NCBI GenBank assembly: GCA_964016885.1
Contig: OZ024741.1
Location: forward strand, 271,932,001 to 271,996,000
Source of the DNA: Eledone cirrhosa
Lineage: Eukaryota
Length of the DNA: 64,000 bases
Direction: 5' to 3'
Shown: in pieces, positions 37,633 to 50,989 of the stretch
Position numbering within the stretch: the stretch's first letter is position 1
How the letters are laid out: each line of letters begins with the position of its first letter
Position numbers and translations under genes: made by a program
Notes under the pieces: model-generated
The model's database searches: none
Seen by the model: only the letters and a program-made list of their open reading frames with translations
Told to the model about the DNA's origin: nothing

Positions 37633-38600
37633 ATCATCATCATCATCATCATCACCGTTTTACGTCCGTTCTTCCACGCTAGCATGGGTTAGACGGGTTG
37701 TCCTGTTGTGGGCAGTGTCTGGTCGGCTGACCATGCCTTGCTCATACAGGAACTGATCTGGCTTGATTTCTACAGCTGGATGCCCTTCCTAACACCAACC
37801 TCATTTACAGTGAGTGCTGGGTGCTTTTTCGTGGCGCCTACACGTCCACTTTACAGTGTGGGCTGGGTGCTTTTTTGCCGTGGCACCTCCACGACCACCT
37901 TGCGGTGGGGGCATATTGTTTATATGCTTCAGCATGTACCCATGGGAGGTCGGGTACCCTGTATTACTGCGTGACGCCAGAAGTCACGGTCGTGTGTCAT
38001 TGACTTTGAGAGGTGTAGTTGGGTAAGGTCGGCTTTTATCACCTCATCCCAAGTCATCTTGGGTCTCCCCACTCCGCGGTTTCCATTGACTTCTAGTGCT
38101 CTGCACCTTTTTATGCAGCTGTCATCCTTCATACGCATCACATGTCCATACCAGCGTAACCGCCTCTCCTGCACGCAGCATTTGATTCCTCTTATGCTCA
38201 GTCTCTCTCTCAATTCATTTATGCTTTGTCGTTCACGTATATTACTGTTACACATCCATCGGAGCATGCAGGCTTCGTTTCTCTCTAATCTACGTAAGTC
38301 TTCCACCTTCAGCGCCCAGGTCTCACTACCATGCAACATCGCTGTTCGGATACACGCATCATACAGTCTGCCTTTCATTCTGAGGGAGAAGCCTTTTGCA
38401 GCTAGCAGTGGTAGTAGTTCCCTAAACTTCTTCCATCCCGTTCTTACCCTAGTTATTGTACTTTCTGAGCACCCACCTCCGTTGCTAATTCGGTCACCTA
38501 GGTAGCAGAAGCTGTCTACTGTTTCTACAGGGCCCTCCCAGAGATTGGTGGTACTTGTTTCCTGTGGCTGTTTGCTTGCTGTTTCAGCACAGCTGCTGCA
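37633..38600 (-). mobile_element. 5'-truncated RTE LINE copy in a Rab intron
   Basis: Reverse complement of about 53553-54530. ORF 37929-38378 (MKGRLYDACIRTAMLHGSETW...); (TCA)n tail at 37633-37654. Confidence 0.92.
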
Positions 38601-38659
38601 TACATTTTTATCACATCATCCCCCACCCCAACAACTTCACCTTGGGAAGAAGGATGAGT

Positions 38660-38872
38660 TTGAACTTGGAATATACAGGGGTGCACTTGAAATAAACTGG
38701 GGTGGAACTTGGAACATACATGAGTGTGGCTGGAGCTTGGAATATACAGGAGTGTGACTGTAGCTTGGAATATACAGGGGTGTGACTGTAGTTTGGAATA
38801 TACAGGGGTGTGACTGTAGCTTGGAATATACAGGGGTGTGACTGTAGTTTGGAATATACAGGGGTGTGACTA
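38660..38872. repeat. 29-bp minisatellite
   Basis: Unit cttggaatatacaggggtgtgactgtag(t). Confidence 0.9.
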
Positions 38873-38947
38873 CAACTTTACAAAATTTATTCAACTTAAA
38901 ATTTGAAAAATAAATAAATAAGAAATAGTAAAGGGTTTGTATGTTAC

Positions 38948-39041
38948 CTTTGACCCAATCCTTGATTTCATAATAGCTGTCCTTACATGTGATATCATAC
39001 ATCAAGAGAGCAGCATTAGCCTTTCTGTAGTACATAGGGGC
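38948..39041 (-). CDS. RabX1/Rab31-like GTPase, internal exon
   Basis: cccacacAG|GCC CCT ATG...GTC AAA G|GTAACA. Encodes APMYYRKANAALLMYDITCKDSYYEIKDWVK; 94 nt, phases 0/1. Confidence 0.92.
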
Positions 39042-39900
39042 CTGTGTGGGCAAAACAAGTTTCAGTACAAAGGGTTAACTTTAAGTGACAAACAAATTCA
39101 TTGCCTATAATTTTAAAGTCATTTTGAAAATAATCAAGAATTTGTAGGTATTTAGTAATATAACTTTCTCATTATTAATTTGGTTGTTTGGAACATGACT
39201 TAACAAAGGTTCTTACATAAAATTATGATGAAAGGTGTTTAGATAAATATAAACACTTTAAAATGACAGATTAGTATAGTAGAACCAGGGATGGTTCCTT
39301 ATGGTTTGGGACATAACTTAACAAAGGTTCTTAATGAAATTATGATGAAAAGTTTTTAGATAAATATAAACACTTTATAATGACAGATTAGTATAGTAGA
39401 ACCAGGGGCAGTTGCTAGTGGTTTGGTATCTGAGTGAAGGTGGAAAACTTGAGAAATCACGCGTACAGGATCATATGCACACACAAATACACTCACACAA
39501 TCACACAAATACACTCACAAAAACATACACACATATTCAATCACACATATATACACAAACAGCACACATATACACATATGCAATCACAGACATACACACA
39601 TGCAATCATAGATACACACATATGCAATCACAGACACACACATATGCAATCACACATACACACACGCAGCTCACACATACACACACATAAGCAATCACAG
39701 ACATACACACGCACACATGCAACCACAGACACACACATATGCAATCACACACACACACACATATACACACAAGCAGCTCACATATACACACACATATGCA
39801 ACCACACAAACAACACACACACATCCAATCACAGACACACACACATGCAATCACAGACACATACACACACACATACACATATGAAGATAACCAAGTTTAC

Positions 39901-39970
39901 CATAGAACGGAACCTCTCCTGGCCAGCCGTGTCCCAGACTTGGAGTTTAATTCTGTATTTATTCACAGTC
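39901..39970 (-). CDS. RabX1/Rab31-like GTPase, internal exon (G3/switch II)
   Basis: tttatAG|G ACT GTG...TCT ATG|GTAAAC. Encodes TVNKYRIKLQVWDTAGQERFRSM; 70 nt, phases 2/0. This frame is not in the ORF track. Confidence 0.93.
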
Positions 39971-40089
39971 CTATAAATGATATAATCAATAATTAACTAA
40001 TTAGTTGAATTTATTGATTAATAAAACAAAAAATAATAATAAAAATGGAATTCTGAAGTAAAAAAATACAGCAAAAAATAGTTTTAATG

Positions 40090-40435
40090 GCATCATCATC
40101 ATCATGACGACTATCGCCACTGCCACCACCATCACTACCACCGCCACTGCCACCACCATCACTACCACCGCCACTGCCACCACCATCACTACCACCGCCG
40201 CCACCAACATCAATACCACTGCTGCCACCAACATCACTACCACTGCCACCACCATCACCACCATCACTACTACTGCCACCACCACAACCACTACTACTGC
40301 CATCAACACCACTATCACTACCACCACCGCTGTCACCATCATCACTACCACCGCCACTGCCACCACCACCACCATCACCATTTAAAACCTAGTGCAACCC
40401 TTCCTCTTCAGGTCGAGAGAGAGAGCGAGAGAGAG

Positions 40436-40492
<57 letters not shown>
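40090..40492. repeat. (ACC/ACT/GCC)n triplet tract followed by (GA)n
   Basis: Directly visible low-complexity sequence. Confidence 0.9.
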
Positions 40493-40495
<3 letters not shown>

Positions 40496-42286
40496 GACCC
40501 CTAAAATTGAATTGGTATTTTATTTTATCGACCCCATCCCCAATAAGGATGAACGGTAAAGTTAACCACTGCGGGATTTGAACTCAGAACGTAAAGGGCC
40601 GTAATTCTGCGCCGCAAAGCATGGTGTCTGATGCTCTACTGATACTGTCAATCCATTGCCATAAATATTAGTTTCTGATTTAGGCACAACACCAACAATT
40701 TTGGAGGGAGGAGAAAGTCGATTAAATCAACCCCAGTACATTACTGGTACTTTATTTTATCAACAAGCGTAAGGATGAAAGGCAAAGCTAACCTTATTAA
40801 CAATAATGATGGTTTCTGATTTAGGCACAAGGTCAACAAATTTTAGGAGAGAGGGGAAAGTCAATTAAATCAACCCTAGTGCATTACTGGTACTTTACTT
40901 TATCGAGCCCCATAAGTATGAAAGCAAAGTTAACCTGGGCGAGATTTGAAATCAGAGTACAGAGTACCAGAATAAATGCTGTAAATCATTCTGTCTGACA
41001 TTCTAATGAGTTTGTAGCTGTGACACCTAGTTAATGTTAAAACTAATTGCAAAAGCTATTTTTAGCAGAACTATCCACTTTGCTAATTAACAATGAATTA
41101 ATAAGTGTGATATTAATTATATCAGCTGTGATTAACTATTGTAATTATCACATCATTTGTTTAACTTATACCCTTGCACTGTTAATCACACACTATAATA
41201 TACACCACCATCAGAACCATAGCACATGTTAAAATGCACCTAGTCCACTCTGCAAAGTCGTAGTGCTGCATCATGAAAAACACCCTGTAAAGTGTTAGGA
41301 ATGGCATCCTGGCATAGAAACTATGTCAAATATGGGATGTAACCAGCAAGATTGGTCGATCCAACCCAATTGGTCTCTGATTAGAACAAAAAGTATATCA
41401 TACATAGAACACCAGCATCAACAGTTTTCCAAGAATCGACCTGTTATTTTTCTCTAAAAAATGGTTTTTCCATTTCCACCCAATTCCTCAATCTTTTTAT
41501 TTCTTCTTTAATTTTTCATTCTATTTTCTGATGAATGGCTAGTGTCCGAAACCTTAAGACTCTTTTGCTACTATATCAAGTGTAAAACTAATAATATATT
41601 TCACTGTACTGTGTTGTTTGCTTTGTTATTTCTGTTTGCCTTTTGCATACATATATGTGTGTGTGTATGTATGTATATATATAGCGCCCCCACCATCCAC
41701 TGACCAACAAGCGACCAGACAGGCTTCTACACTGCCAGTAACAAAGACTGAATATAGGTAGTACAATGGATTGACAGCTAGCACCATCCCACTCCCACAA
41801 TAAAGAGGAGCTGCCTCGACCTTTGCTTGACCGCACCTATTCCGCGTGCGCGCACATGCGTTCTACAGAATATCTCAGTTACACACAAACGGCGGACAAC
41901 AGAGGCCACGTACCATTCATCTCCGACAGATAACTTTCCCCTCGGAAAATCCCCCAGTGAAATCAGAAATATAGGAACAATTAAATCTCTCCCAAGGTAA
42001 CTCTATCTCGTGTTATTATTTTTATTTGTTACGCTCTTTCCTATGTTCCTCTACACACTATACATCTCATTCTACCTTTCCTCTTACATCTCTCTCTTCA
42101 CCACCGGATTCTGTTACCCGGAGATTTACCCATCTGCATTGTTGAGGCTTCCAAAACGACCCAATTTTTTATTATTCGACAATGCTTCAAGCAAACTTCA
42201 ATACTCTCTTATATATATATATATATGAACATAAAATTATGGTGACAGGGGGAGGGGACAGAGAAATAACAACAACAGCAACTTAC

Positions 42287-42383
42287 AATTTGTGTGTGAA
42301 AAATGAAGCCCCTATTGTGGGACTGACATGTTTGCTGAATATGCCACCAACATATCGAATAATCAGACTGGTTTTTCCAACAG
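42287..42383 (-). CDS. RabX1/Rab31-like GTPase, internal exon (P-loop to switch I)
   Basis: ttttattctAG|CT GTT GGA AAA ACC...CAC AAA TT|GTAAGT. Encodes (A)VGKTSLIIRYVGGIFSKHVSPTIGASFFTHKL; 97 nt, phases 1/2. Confidence 0.9.
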
Positions 42384-43917
42384 CTAGAATAAAAATAAAA
42401 ACACAACCAATATTTTAAGATCAATATGACATTTTCAGTTTCTTTAATCTTTAGCATGCTGAATTCTTTGAGTTGCTTCCCTTGACACTTTAATATGTAT
42501 TAAGGGTAGACTACTCTAGTGTCGCTGACAGCGTGCTGAAGATTAACAAAGTGTTGTAATTTGCTTGAAGCAGTGTGGAATAAGAAAGGAAGAGGCTATG
42601 TAGCCGGTAAGAGTGTCAGACACCATGAGTTGCGGCCATTGTTAAGACAATTTGAAATCTTTTCCACCATCAATTGTTAAAAAACAAGTTAAAATCATTT
42701 AGTCATCCATTTGTTCATGTGTATGTTACACTTTAGTTACATACACACACATCTACACGTAAATACATAAACAGATACAGACAACAGAAGGAAGGGGCTG
42801 GTGAAACACTATAGCGATGTGTGTTGCATCCCTTTAGGGTTTACTGGCTACATAGCCTATTCGAATAACAAATGCAAATTTAACTAGGAAATAAGTTTAA
42901 ATATTTGGAAGTCCATCAATGAATGTGAAATTATAAGTGCCAAGGTATAGGAATGACAGAAAATAGGATAAAAGGAACAAGAAAAGAGTGAGAACGGTAG
43001 AATTTTAACTTAGCAATTGATCCCAAATACTTTCAAATTTACCATCCATTATCAAGAGAATCCGTGGGGAGGTGCTTTATTTACAAGTTATATATATGTA
43101 TGGTTAAATAGTTTCACCAACTGGCAATTAACCAAGTATGGTGAGTATAGCTACACTCTTGACATGATCAAAACCAAACAGAAAATGGTGGAGGTCAACC
43201 AGGGAGGAGTTCCTCAACAGGAGTGAGAAGCCCCTGGATTGGATGTATGTATCATCATCATCACCGTTTTACGTCATTTCTTCCACGCTAGCATGGGTTA
43301 GACGGGTTGTCCCATTGTGGGCAGTAGCCGGTCGGCTGACCATGTCTTGCTCATATGGGAACTGATTCTGGCTTGATTTCTACAGCTAGATGCCCTTCCT
43401 AACACCAACCTCATTTACAGTGAGTGCTGGGTGCTTTTTTTCCATCGCGCCTACACGTCCACTTTGCAGTGTGGGCTGGGTACTTTTTTTTTTGCCGTGG
43501 CACCTCCACGACCACTTTGCAGTGGAATGATAGGGACCCCAGTCCTATCATCTCATTTCTACAGCTGAGTAAACTGGAGCAATGTGAAATAAAATGTCTT
43601 GCTCAAGGAAACAACACATCACCCGGTCCGAGAAATGAACTCACAACCTTTCAATTGCAAGCCCAATGCTCTAACCACTAAGCCATGTGCCTAAGCATGG
43701 TCCTGTAAATCCTGGTAGGGTTATAGGGGCGCTGCAGTGACATATGGCGGAATTTCTTAAGCAGTTTTAAGCCTGGCGGAGCCCATCTCTCTCCAGAGCA
43801 GTTATACACACAAACATAATATATTACCAAATGACTGAAACCAACAAAATAGAATATTTTGTTCACACAGCATAGGTTTAAAAAAAAAAAATGTTAACAC
43901 CACCACTGCTTTTTTCA

Positions 43918-43984
<67 letters not shown>

Positions 43985-44552
43985 TTACCATCCTCATTCC
44001 TTTCACTGTACACAATACATTTCATTATTATTATTATAAAGATGTGAGATTTTGGAGTCTGCTGCTGCTATCACAACCACTGCTCTCTTTCTCTTTCTCT
44101 CTCTCTCTCTCTCTCTCACACATACACATATATACACACTTAACATCCTCTTTACACAGGCTGACCTACAATTTACACCACATGTTATCTATTGTTACCA
44201 CTTTAATATATAATAGATGAGGAGAGAGAGAGCGAGATGGGAAAGGGGAGAGAGAATGGAGAGGAGAGAGAGACGGGAAAGAGGAGGAAAGGAGAGAGAG
44301 AGAGGGATCTACACAATGTGGGGGGGCATGGAAACGGTTGAAGTCATACCAGTATTTGTAGTGGGTGCCTTTGTGATCAGTAACAACTAAAATAAGAACA
44401 TGGATTACAGAATTTGGAAATGAGATTTGTCCAGAACTTTATCAAAAGATGGTAATATTAGAAACAGCTTGGACCCCGAGGAAGTTTATAAAAACATGAG
44501 AAGAGAAAGAAAATCTGAAAAACCTTTAAGTTTTTTGTTAGGACTTGTTTCT

Positions 44553-44865
44553 CAGCTTAATAACCAGCGGAAACATTTTTTCACACTCAGAGTTGCTGAA
44601 GCATGGAACAAACTACCTGCATCAGTTGTTAGCTGTCCGGACACTGCATCCTTCAAAACTTCCATGCTTCCTGAAATTCGCCAACAGTACACCTGATATT
44701 CCCCCTCCATACACACACACACACGCATGCATGTGTCTGTGTATATATCATGATTCATACACTGTTCACTTTCCTGATATGTGTACATTTTCTATATACT
44801 ATACATGCACCTTTGATGAGTTGTAGTGCACCTGAGCACTGTACACAATAATTTTCATTATTATT
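44553..44865 (+). mobile_element. CR1-type LINE 3' end
   Basis: RKHFFTLRVAEAWNKLPASVV...SFK is a typical CR1 ORF2 C-terminus; short 3'UTR and ATT tail. Confidence 0.75.
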
Positions 44866-46096
44866 CTTTTATAACAGCAGCTTGTTGAAATAGAATAATT
44901 GTTTCTAATGTTGGTACAAGGCCAGAAATTTGAAGGGAAGGGCAAAGTCGATTATATCAACCAGTACTTAACTGTTACTTTATTTTATCAATCCACAGCC
45001 CTCAAAATAATGATTTCTAATTTAGACACAAGGGTTTACATAAAGTTAGGAGATGGGACAGGACAATACGATATGGGATAATAATAATAATAATAATAAT
45101 GATGATTTCTACTTGAGGCACAAAACCAGCAATTTGAAGGGGAGGAGAAAGTCAATTAAATCGACCCAAGTGCATTACTGGTACTTTATTTTATCGACCC
45201 CATAAGGATGAAAGGCAAAGCCAATCTCGGCAGGATTTGAACTCAGAACGCAAAGGGCCATAACTCTATGCAGTAAAGCATGTTGTCCGACATTAACAAT
45301 ACGGCCAATCCAAATAACAACAACAACAATGGTTTCTGATATAGGCACAAGGCCAACAATTTTTGGGGGTGGGGGAGAAAGGCAATTATATCAACCCCAG
45401 TATTTAACTGGTACTCAATTTTATTGACTTTGGAAAGATGAACAGTGGGATTTGAATTCAGGACATAAAAAGCCTTAACGAAATATTACAAAGGATTTTG
45501 TCCAGAGCTCTAATGATTCTGTCACCCTGTCACCATTTGATTGAATCAATTGACAAGATCCCAGACCTCACTTACCAAGTGGTGTGGAACTCATCAAATC
45601 GGACCAAGGAAACAATGCTTCCATTGGTCTTTCCAATTACTGATACTATCTACTAGTCACAACTCTTGGCAGAAAGAACAATGCAAAATAAAGTGTCTTG
45701 CTCAAGGACATAATGTGCCACCTGGTCGGAATCGAACTCACAACCACATGATGTGTCTACATTTCGTTTAACTGTCGTCAAGGCTTGTAGAATTTGTCTT
45801 ATTGCTGGTGATATGAGAAGTAGGACATATATACATATACACCAGGTCTGACCACAATGGAGCCAAACTTCCACTGTTACTGCCTTCGTCTTTCCCGCTC
45901 TCCCTATCTCTCACTATTATAAGCAAATGGAGGCTCATGATTGCAAATCCAATTCTCAAACCACTAAACTACACGCCTTTTTCTTTGTTAAATGTTAACA
46001 TCCTATACCACACAAAACCACATTAACAAGACATTCTTGAAAAGTACAAAACAGTACAATGACTGCATCACATTAAATACTCAGCCTTTATTCATT

Positions 46097-46127
<31 letters not shown>

Positions 46128-46254
46128 ATATTTTCATAACAATCTTGTTGACTTGTAAAGGTTGCTAAAAATATTGGAATTAACAAACTAGTTTTTAGAT
46201 ATTTTCTGTTAAATCATTACAAGATGTTAAGGAGATCCACCACCAACAACAACA

Positions 46255-47350
46255 ACAAGTGAAGTGGACAGGTTGTATTTATCATGATAAAGGGGAGGAA
46301 GAGGTCTCATTAGTTGTGAAATGTCTGTGAAGCTGGAGGAAAATAATCTGGCATGGTATGTAAAGTATTGAAAGGAGAGATTGATGGCAGGAGTAAGAAA
46401 GATAAAGGTCCTAAACAGTGATGAAGCAAAGGAAAAGGGAGAATTTAAACAAGACAGACACAATGACTCATTGTATAGGTGGAAGAAAATAAAATGTATG
46501 GTAAATTCTTCCGTAAAATGGCTGAGGCAGGTGACAAGGATAGGAAATGGGAATGGACTAGGAAAAGTGACATAAAAGTTGAAACTGAGGCCTTTATTTT
46601 TGCAGCCTGGGAACAGGCACTGAGAATGAACTATATTAAGTTCAATATTGACAAGTCAATGAATTCCCCACTTTGTAGACTGTGTAGTGAGAAAGGTGAG
46701 ACAATAAACCACATTATTAGGGAATGTAAGATTCTTGCTCACAAAGAGTACAAGAGAAGGCACGACAACATTGTGAGATTGGTTCACTGGAAGTTCTGTC
46801 ATAAGTATGACATGAGCAAAAGTAAGAAATGGTATGAACACCAACTGGAAAGGGTGGCTGAAAATGAACAGTATAAGATCTTGTGGGACATAACCATCCA
46901 GTGCGACCATTTTATCGTGGGTAGAAAGCCTGACATTGTTGTTGTAGAAAAGAAGAATAACAAGGTATGTATTGTGGATATTGCTTCACCATGGGACCAC
47001 AGGATGAATGAGAAGGAAAGTGAGAAAGTTGAGAAACACCAGCAACTGAAGAGAGAAGTCAGGAAACTGTGGAGAATCAGACATGTTGAAGTAGTACCGA
47101 TTGTGGTTGGTACACTGGGAGCAGTTAGTAAAAGGTTGGATACATGGCTTGAGAAGCTAGGAATTACCACCAGGACAAGATTGTTGCAGAAAACAGCCTT
47201 GCTGGGAACAGCAAGGATTCTAAGGAAGGTGTTGGAAAGTTGGAGAAGAAGGAATGACCCAAATGACCTTTGGCCATTGTCTATGGCTCGCTCTTTTGGT
47301 ATAGTGTTGGTATAACATCTGACATATAATGAGTAATAATAATAACAATA
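46255..47350 (+). mobile_element. 3' part of an R4/Dong-type non-LTR element (zinc knuckle and restriction-like endonuclease)
   Basis: ORF 46479-47315: CRLC...ETINHII.EC, RHD, KPDIVV...IVDIA.P, EKVEK; followed by a (TAA)n-like tail at about 47333-47350. Confidence 0.85.
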
Positions 47351-47557
47351 AAAAGATAATGAAGTAACCAGTTCCTGTTAATACTATGATATTGAGTTTT
47401 TAGTAGGATTAATACAAGATTTGGTGGGGAAATGATATATATTATTACAACATTCTTTAAACTCACATATCAGAGGTAATGAGAAGGAAGTTAAATAGAG
47501 AGATTGTTTTATATATATTTATATCATATATATATATGCAAAATGTAAATGGAAACA

Positions 47558-47593
<36 letters not shown>

Positions 47594-47720
47594 TATTACA
47601 ACATTCTTTAAACTCACATGTCAGAAGTAATGAGAAGGCAGTTACATAGAGAGATAGATTGTTTTATATATACATATATATGCAAAATGTAACTGGAAAC
47701 AACACACACACACATATATA

Positions 47721-48275
47721 CTAGCAGTGGTACCCGGCGTTGCATAGGATAAGGTATTGTGAAATATATAACCACCTTAGTAAGCTTAGTATTGCCACAA
47801 CCACGGCTGGCAAAGAAGTAAGGGTCTGGTGGTACGTAAGTAAGCAACACTGTGGCTTAAAACGTGAGGAAGAAGTTGTGTACACTTACCAACTGTTTGG
47901 CTGTTTGGGGAATGAGTGTGAGATTTGTCTTGAGCAAGGGTGGCAGAATAACCGGAGGCAGCAGACAGCCAGACATATATTATAAGGGCGCGTTCTGGAC
48001 GCAGAGCGAATTGTAGGAAGTGACGTAATGCAGACAGATATTATAAGGGCGCGACGTTATATGTATCTATCTAAAAACAGAAAGACTAGGAATTATAGAG
48101 AGAGATCGTTAAATCGCCTAATGCGGTCCCTAGGGCATTGAAAATTTGAAATTTTTTTGGTTCAGAACACTCCCTGAAACATAAGTATTACATGTGTAAA
48201 GTTTGAAAACAGTCAGTTTGGTGGTTCTCTAGTTTTAGGGATTCAAACTCACACACACACAGACAGACATCCTCA

Positions 48276-48300
<25 letters not shown>
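47721..48300 (-). mobile_element. Non-autonomous Helitron, family 1, second copy
   Basis: Begins ctagcagtggtacccggcg; 48020-48285 matches 4558-4835; the middle differs. Confidence 0.7.
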
Positions 48301-48319
<19 letters not shown>

Positions 48320-48527
48320 ATTTATGACATCTACAAGACTAGAATTGTTTTAATTGTTTGAAATTATTTCAAATAAAGGAAACAGTTCGAGTCCTGTAAA
48401 AGTCATTTTTATCTGAAATAATGTATCTTCTCTCTTAATGTGTTGAGTACTTTATTTAACTGTGGTATCTTTCTGTTCCTCTACAGAAAACCATTCTATC
48501 TCTCTCTTTCTCTTTCTGATGTTAATA

Positions 48528-49375
48528 TAAAATACACCCACTACACTCTGTAAGGTGGTAGTGCCGGTGCCACAATAAAATACACTGAGTACAGTCTGTA
48601 AAGTGGTAGTATTGGTGTCATAATAAAATACATCCAGTACTCTCTGTAAAGTGGTAGTGTTGGTGCCACAATTAAATACATCCAGTACAATCTGTAAACT
48701 GGTAGTGTTGGTGCCATGATAAAATATACCCAGTACACTCTGTAAAGTGATAATATTGGTGCCATGATAAAATACATCCAGTACACTCTGTAAAGTGATA
48801 GTATTGGTGCCATGATAAAATACACCCAGTACACTCTGTAAAGTGGTAGTATTGGTGCCATGATAAAATACATCCAGTACACTCTGTAAAGTGGTAGTAT
48901 TGGTGCCATGATAAAATACATCCAGTACACTCTGTAAAGTGATAGTATTGGTGCCATGATAAAATACACCCAGTACACTCTGTAAAGTGGTAGTATTGGT
49001 GCCATGATAAAATACATCCAGTACACTCTGTAAAGTGATAGTATTGGTGCCATGATAAAATACACCCAGTACACTCTGTAAAGTGGTAGTATTGGTGCCA
49101 TGATAAAATACATCCAGTACACTCTGTAAAGTGATAGTATTGGTGCCATGATAAAATACATCCAGTACACTCTGTAAAGTGATAGTATTGGTGCCATGAT
49201 AAAATACACCCAGTACACTCTGTAAAGTGGTAGTATTGGTGCCATGATAAAATACATCCAGTAAACTCAGTAAAGTGGTAGTATTGGTGCCATGATAAAA
49301 TACACCCAGTACACTCTGTAAAGTGGTAGTATTGGTGCCATGATAAAATACATCCAGTACACTCAGTAAAGTGGA
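48528..49375. repeat. 48-bp minisatellite, about 17 units, related to the RTE 3'UTR unit
   Basis: Unit catgataaaatacacccagtacactctgtaaagtggtagtattggtgc. Confidence 0.95.
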
Positions 49376-49753
49376 TTGATATCGAATATTGGCACTAAAA
49401 ATAGGTGGTTATGTAACCACTACCTGGTGTTTGATCATTCCACACTACATGATTAACCGGCCCCCTGAAACAATCGTAAAAAACAATGAAGTACTCTCAA
49501 CAACCTATATGTGACTTGCTTTATTTTCATAAAACCCTATGTGGTTGACGGCTGAGAGAAAGGAGTACTCAATACCGAAGTAGAGTTTTAATATTCATTT
49601 TATCAAGGCTAGATAGTGAGTCTAGATAGTGAGTACTCTGAGATTTTACTTGTTTATCACTGGATCATCAGATGTGATCAACAGGTGAAACTCCAGAGTA
49701 ACAACATTCATTATTCAGCCTTAATAAAATGAATATATATATATATATATATA

Positions 49754-50174
49754 TGAAAAAGTAAGTCCTTCATCAGTGGCCTTCCAACCGTCCTAGGCAT
49801 TTCATCGCTTTAAAGGCCATATACCTCAGGTTGGTGCGAACAACGGCTAAAAAAAGTCGTTGGGACACGTACTTCCTCCCGTTAGACCTGTGCAAAATTC
49901 CTTCCTTGCTCACATTTCAACCAGGTTTGATGGTCTTTATTCTCTTGTTCACGATTTCACCGAGTTTATATTCATAGAAATCTGGGACTTGTCTCTTTCT
50001 TCTCACTTTCTGTTGCTTAAACCATTTTGTTTGTTCACCCTAGCGTCCCCCTTATTTACGTGTCCCAACGACTTTTTTTAGCCGTTGTTCGCACCAACCT
50101 GAAGTATATGGCCCTTAAAGCGATGAAATGCCTAGGACGGTTGGAAGGCCACTGATGAAGGACTTACTTTTTCA
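49754..50174. mobile_element. Young MITE/foldback element with ~118-bp near-perfect TIRs, flanked by TA
   Basis: tgaaaaagtaagtccttcatcag...gggacacgta (49754-49871) versus tacgtgtccc...gacttactttttca (50057-50174); about 2 mismatches. Confidence 0.8.
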
Positions 50175-50218
50175 TATGTAACCCATTTGCAACGCCTCAG
50201 CTCCATTATTATCATATT

Positions 50219-50297
<79 letters not shown>

Positions 50298-50532
50298 GTG
50301 TGTGTGTATATACATATGTGTGTGTGTGTGTGTATTTATGTAGGACACATACCAGCTGAAGTATGTACTAAGCACCTACAGATCGTATAATGTTAAACAT
50401 AGCTGCATACATAGAAACATACGTATGCATATGAATGATAAGGTGAACTAATGAAAGGAGGATGACATCTACAGAGAACAGTCAAAGTTATATAACCAAA
50501 CTTTCACCTTTGTAATGGATTGATTGGCTTTA

Positions 50533-50569
<37 letters not shown>

Positions 50570-50800
50570 AAGGTGCGTGGCTGATTGGTAAGAGAATTGG
50601 ATTTGCAATTGTGAGGTTGTGAGGTCGATTCCTGGATTGGGCGATGCGTTATGTCCTTGAGCAAGACACTATATTTCACTATATTTCACGTTACTCTTTC
50701 TACCAGGAGTTGCAACCGATAGATAGTATTAGCAATTGGAAAGACCAACGGAAACATTGATTCCTTGGCCCGATTTGACGAAGGACGATCGACTGTCGAT
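50570..50800 (+). mobile_element. Second tRNA-derived SINE family
   Basis: tRNA-like head ggtgcgtggctgattggtaag...ggtcgattcc, followed by tgtccttgagcaagacac. Related pieces at 33385-33700, 43555-43690(-) and 45555-45740(-). Confidence 0.6.
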
Positions 50801-50989
50801 ATATGTGTGTGTGTGTGAGTGTTTATGCCCAACTTACTCTCAGGTACCGAATAATGGGGGGGGGGGGGGATAAGCGAGGTTGGGGTGGAATTGGTAATGT
50901 TTCTAGGTAGTCTCTGTTGAATTTAAAAAAAACCAATTGTTGTTTAGTTTACATATTAAGACCCCAACCCATCCTATTTATTTTATAAT

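Noticed and set aside
40001-40385. Mucin-like poly-Thr and poly-Val ORFs
   Set aside because: Triplet microsatellite inside a Rab intron.
41522-41562. CTGATGA...CGAAA hammerhead-like core
   Set aside because: Helix III and the cleavage triplet are missing; at most a decayed remnant.
48541-49257. 238-aa hydrophobic repeat ORF, and CRISPR-like regularity
   Set aside because: Pure 48-bp tandem repeat with no unique spacers, in a eukaryotic context with no cas genes.
50105-50165. GAAA...CTGATGA in the TIR as a possible hammerhead
   Set aside because: I could not build helices I and III with a valid NUH site.
50572-50645. Possible tRNA gene
   Set aside because: Degenerate cloverleaf that continues directly into a SINE body; treated as a SINE head.
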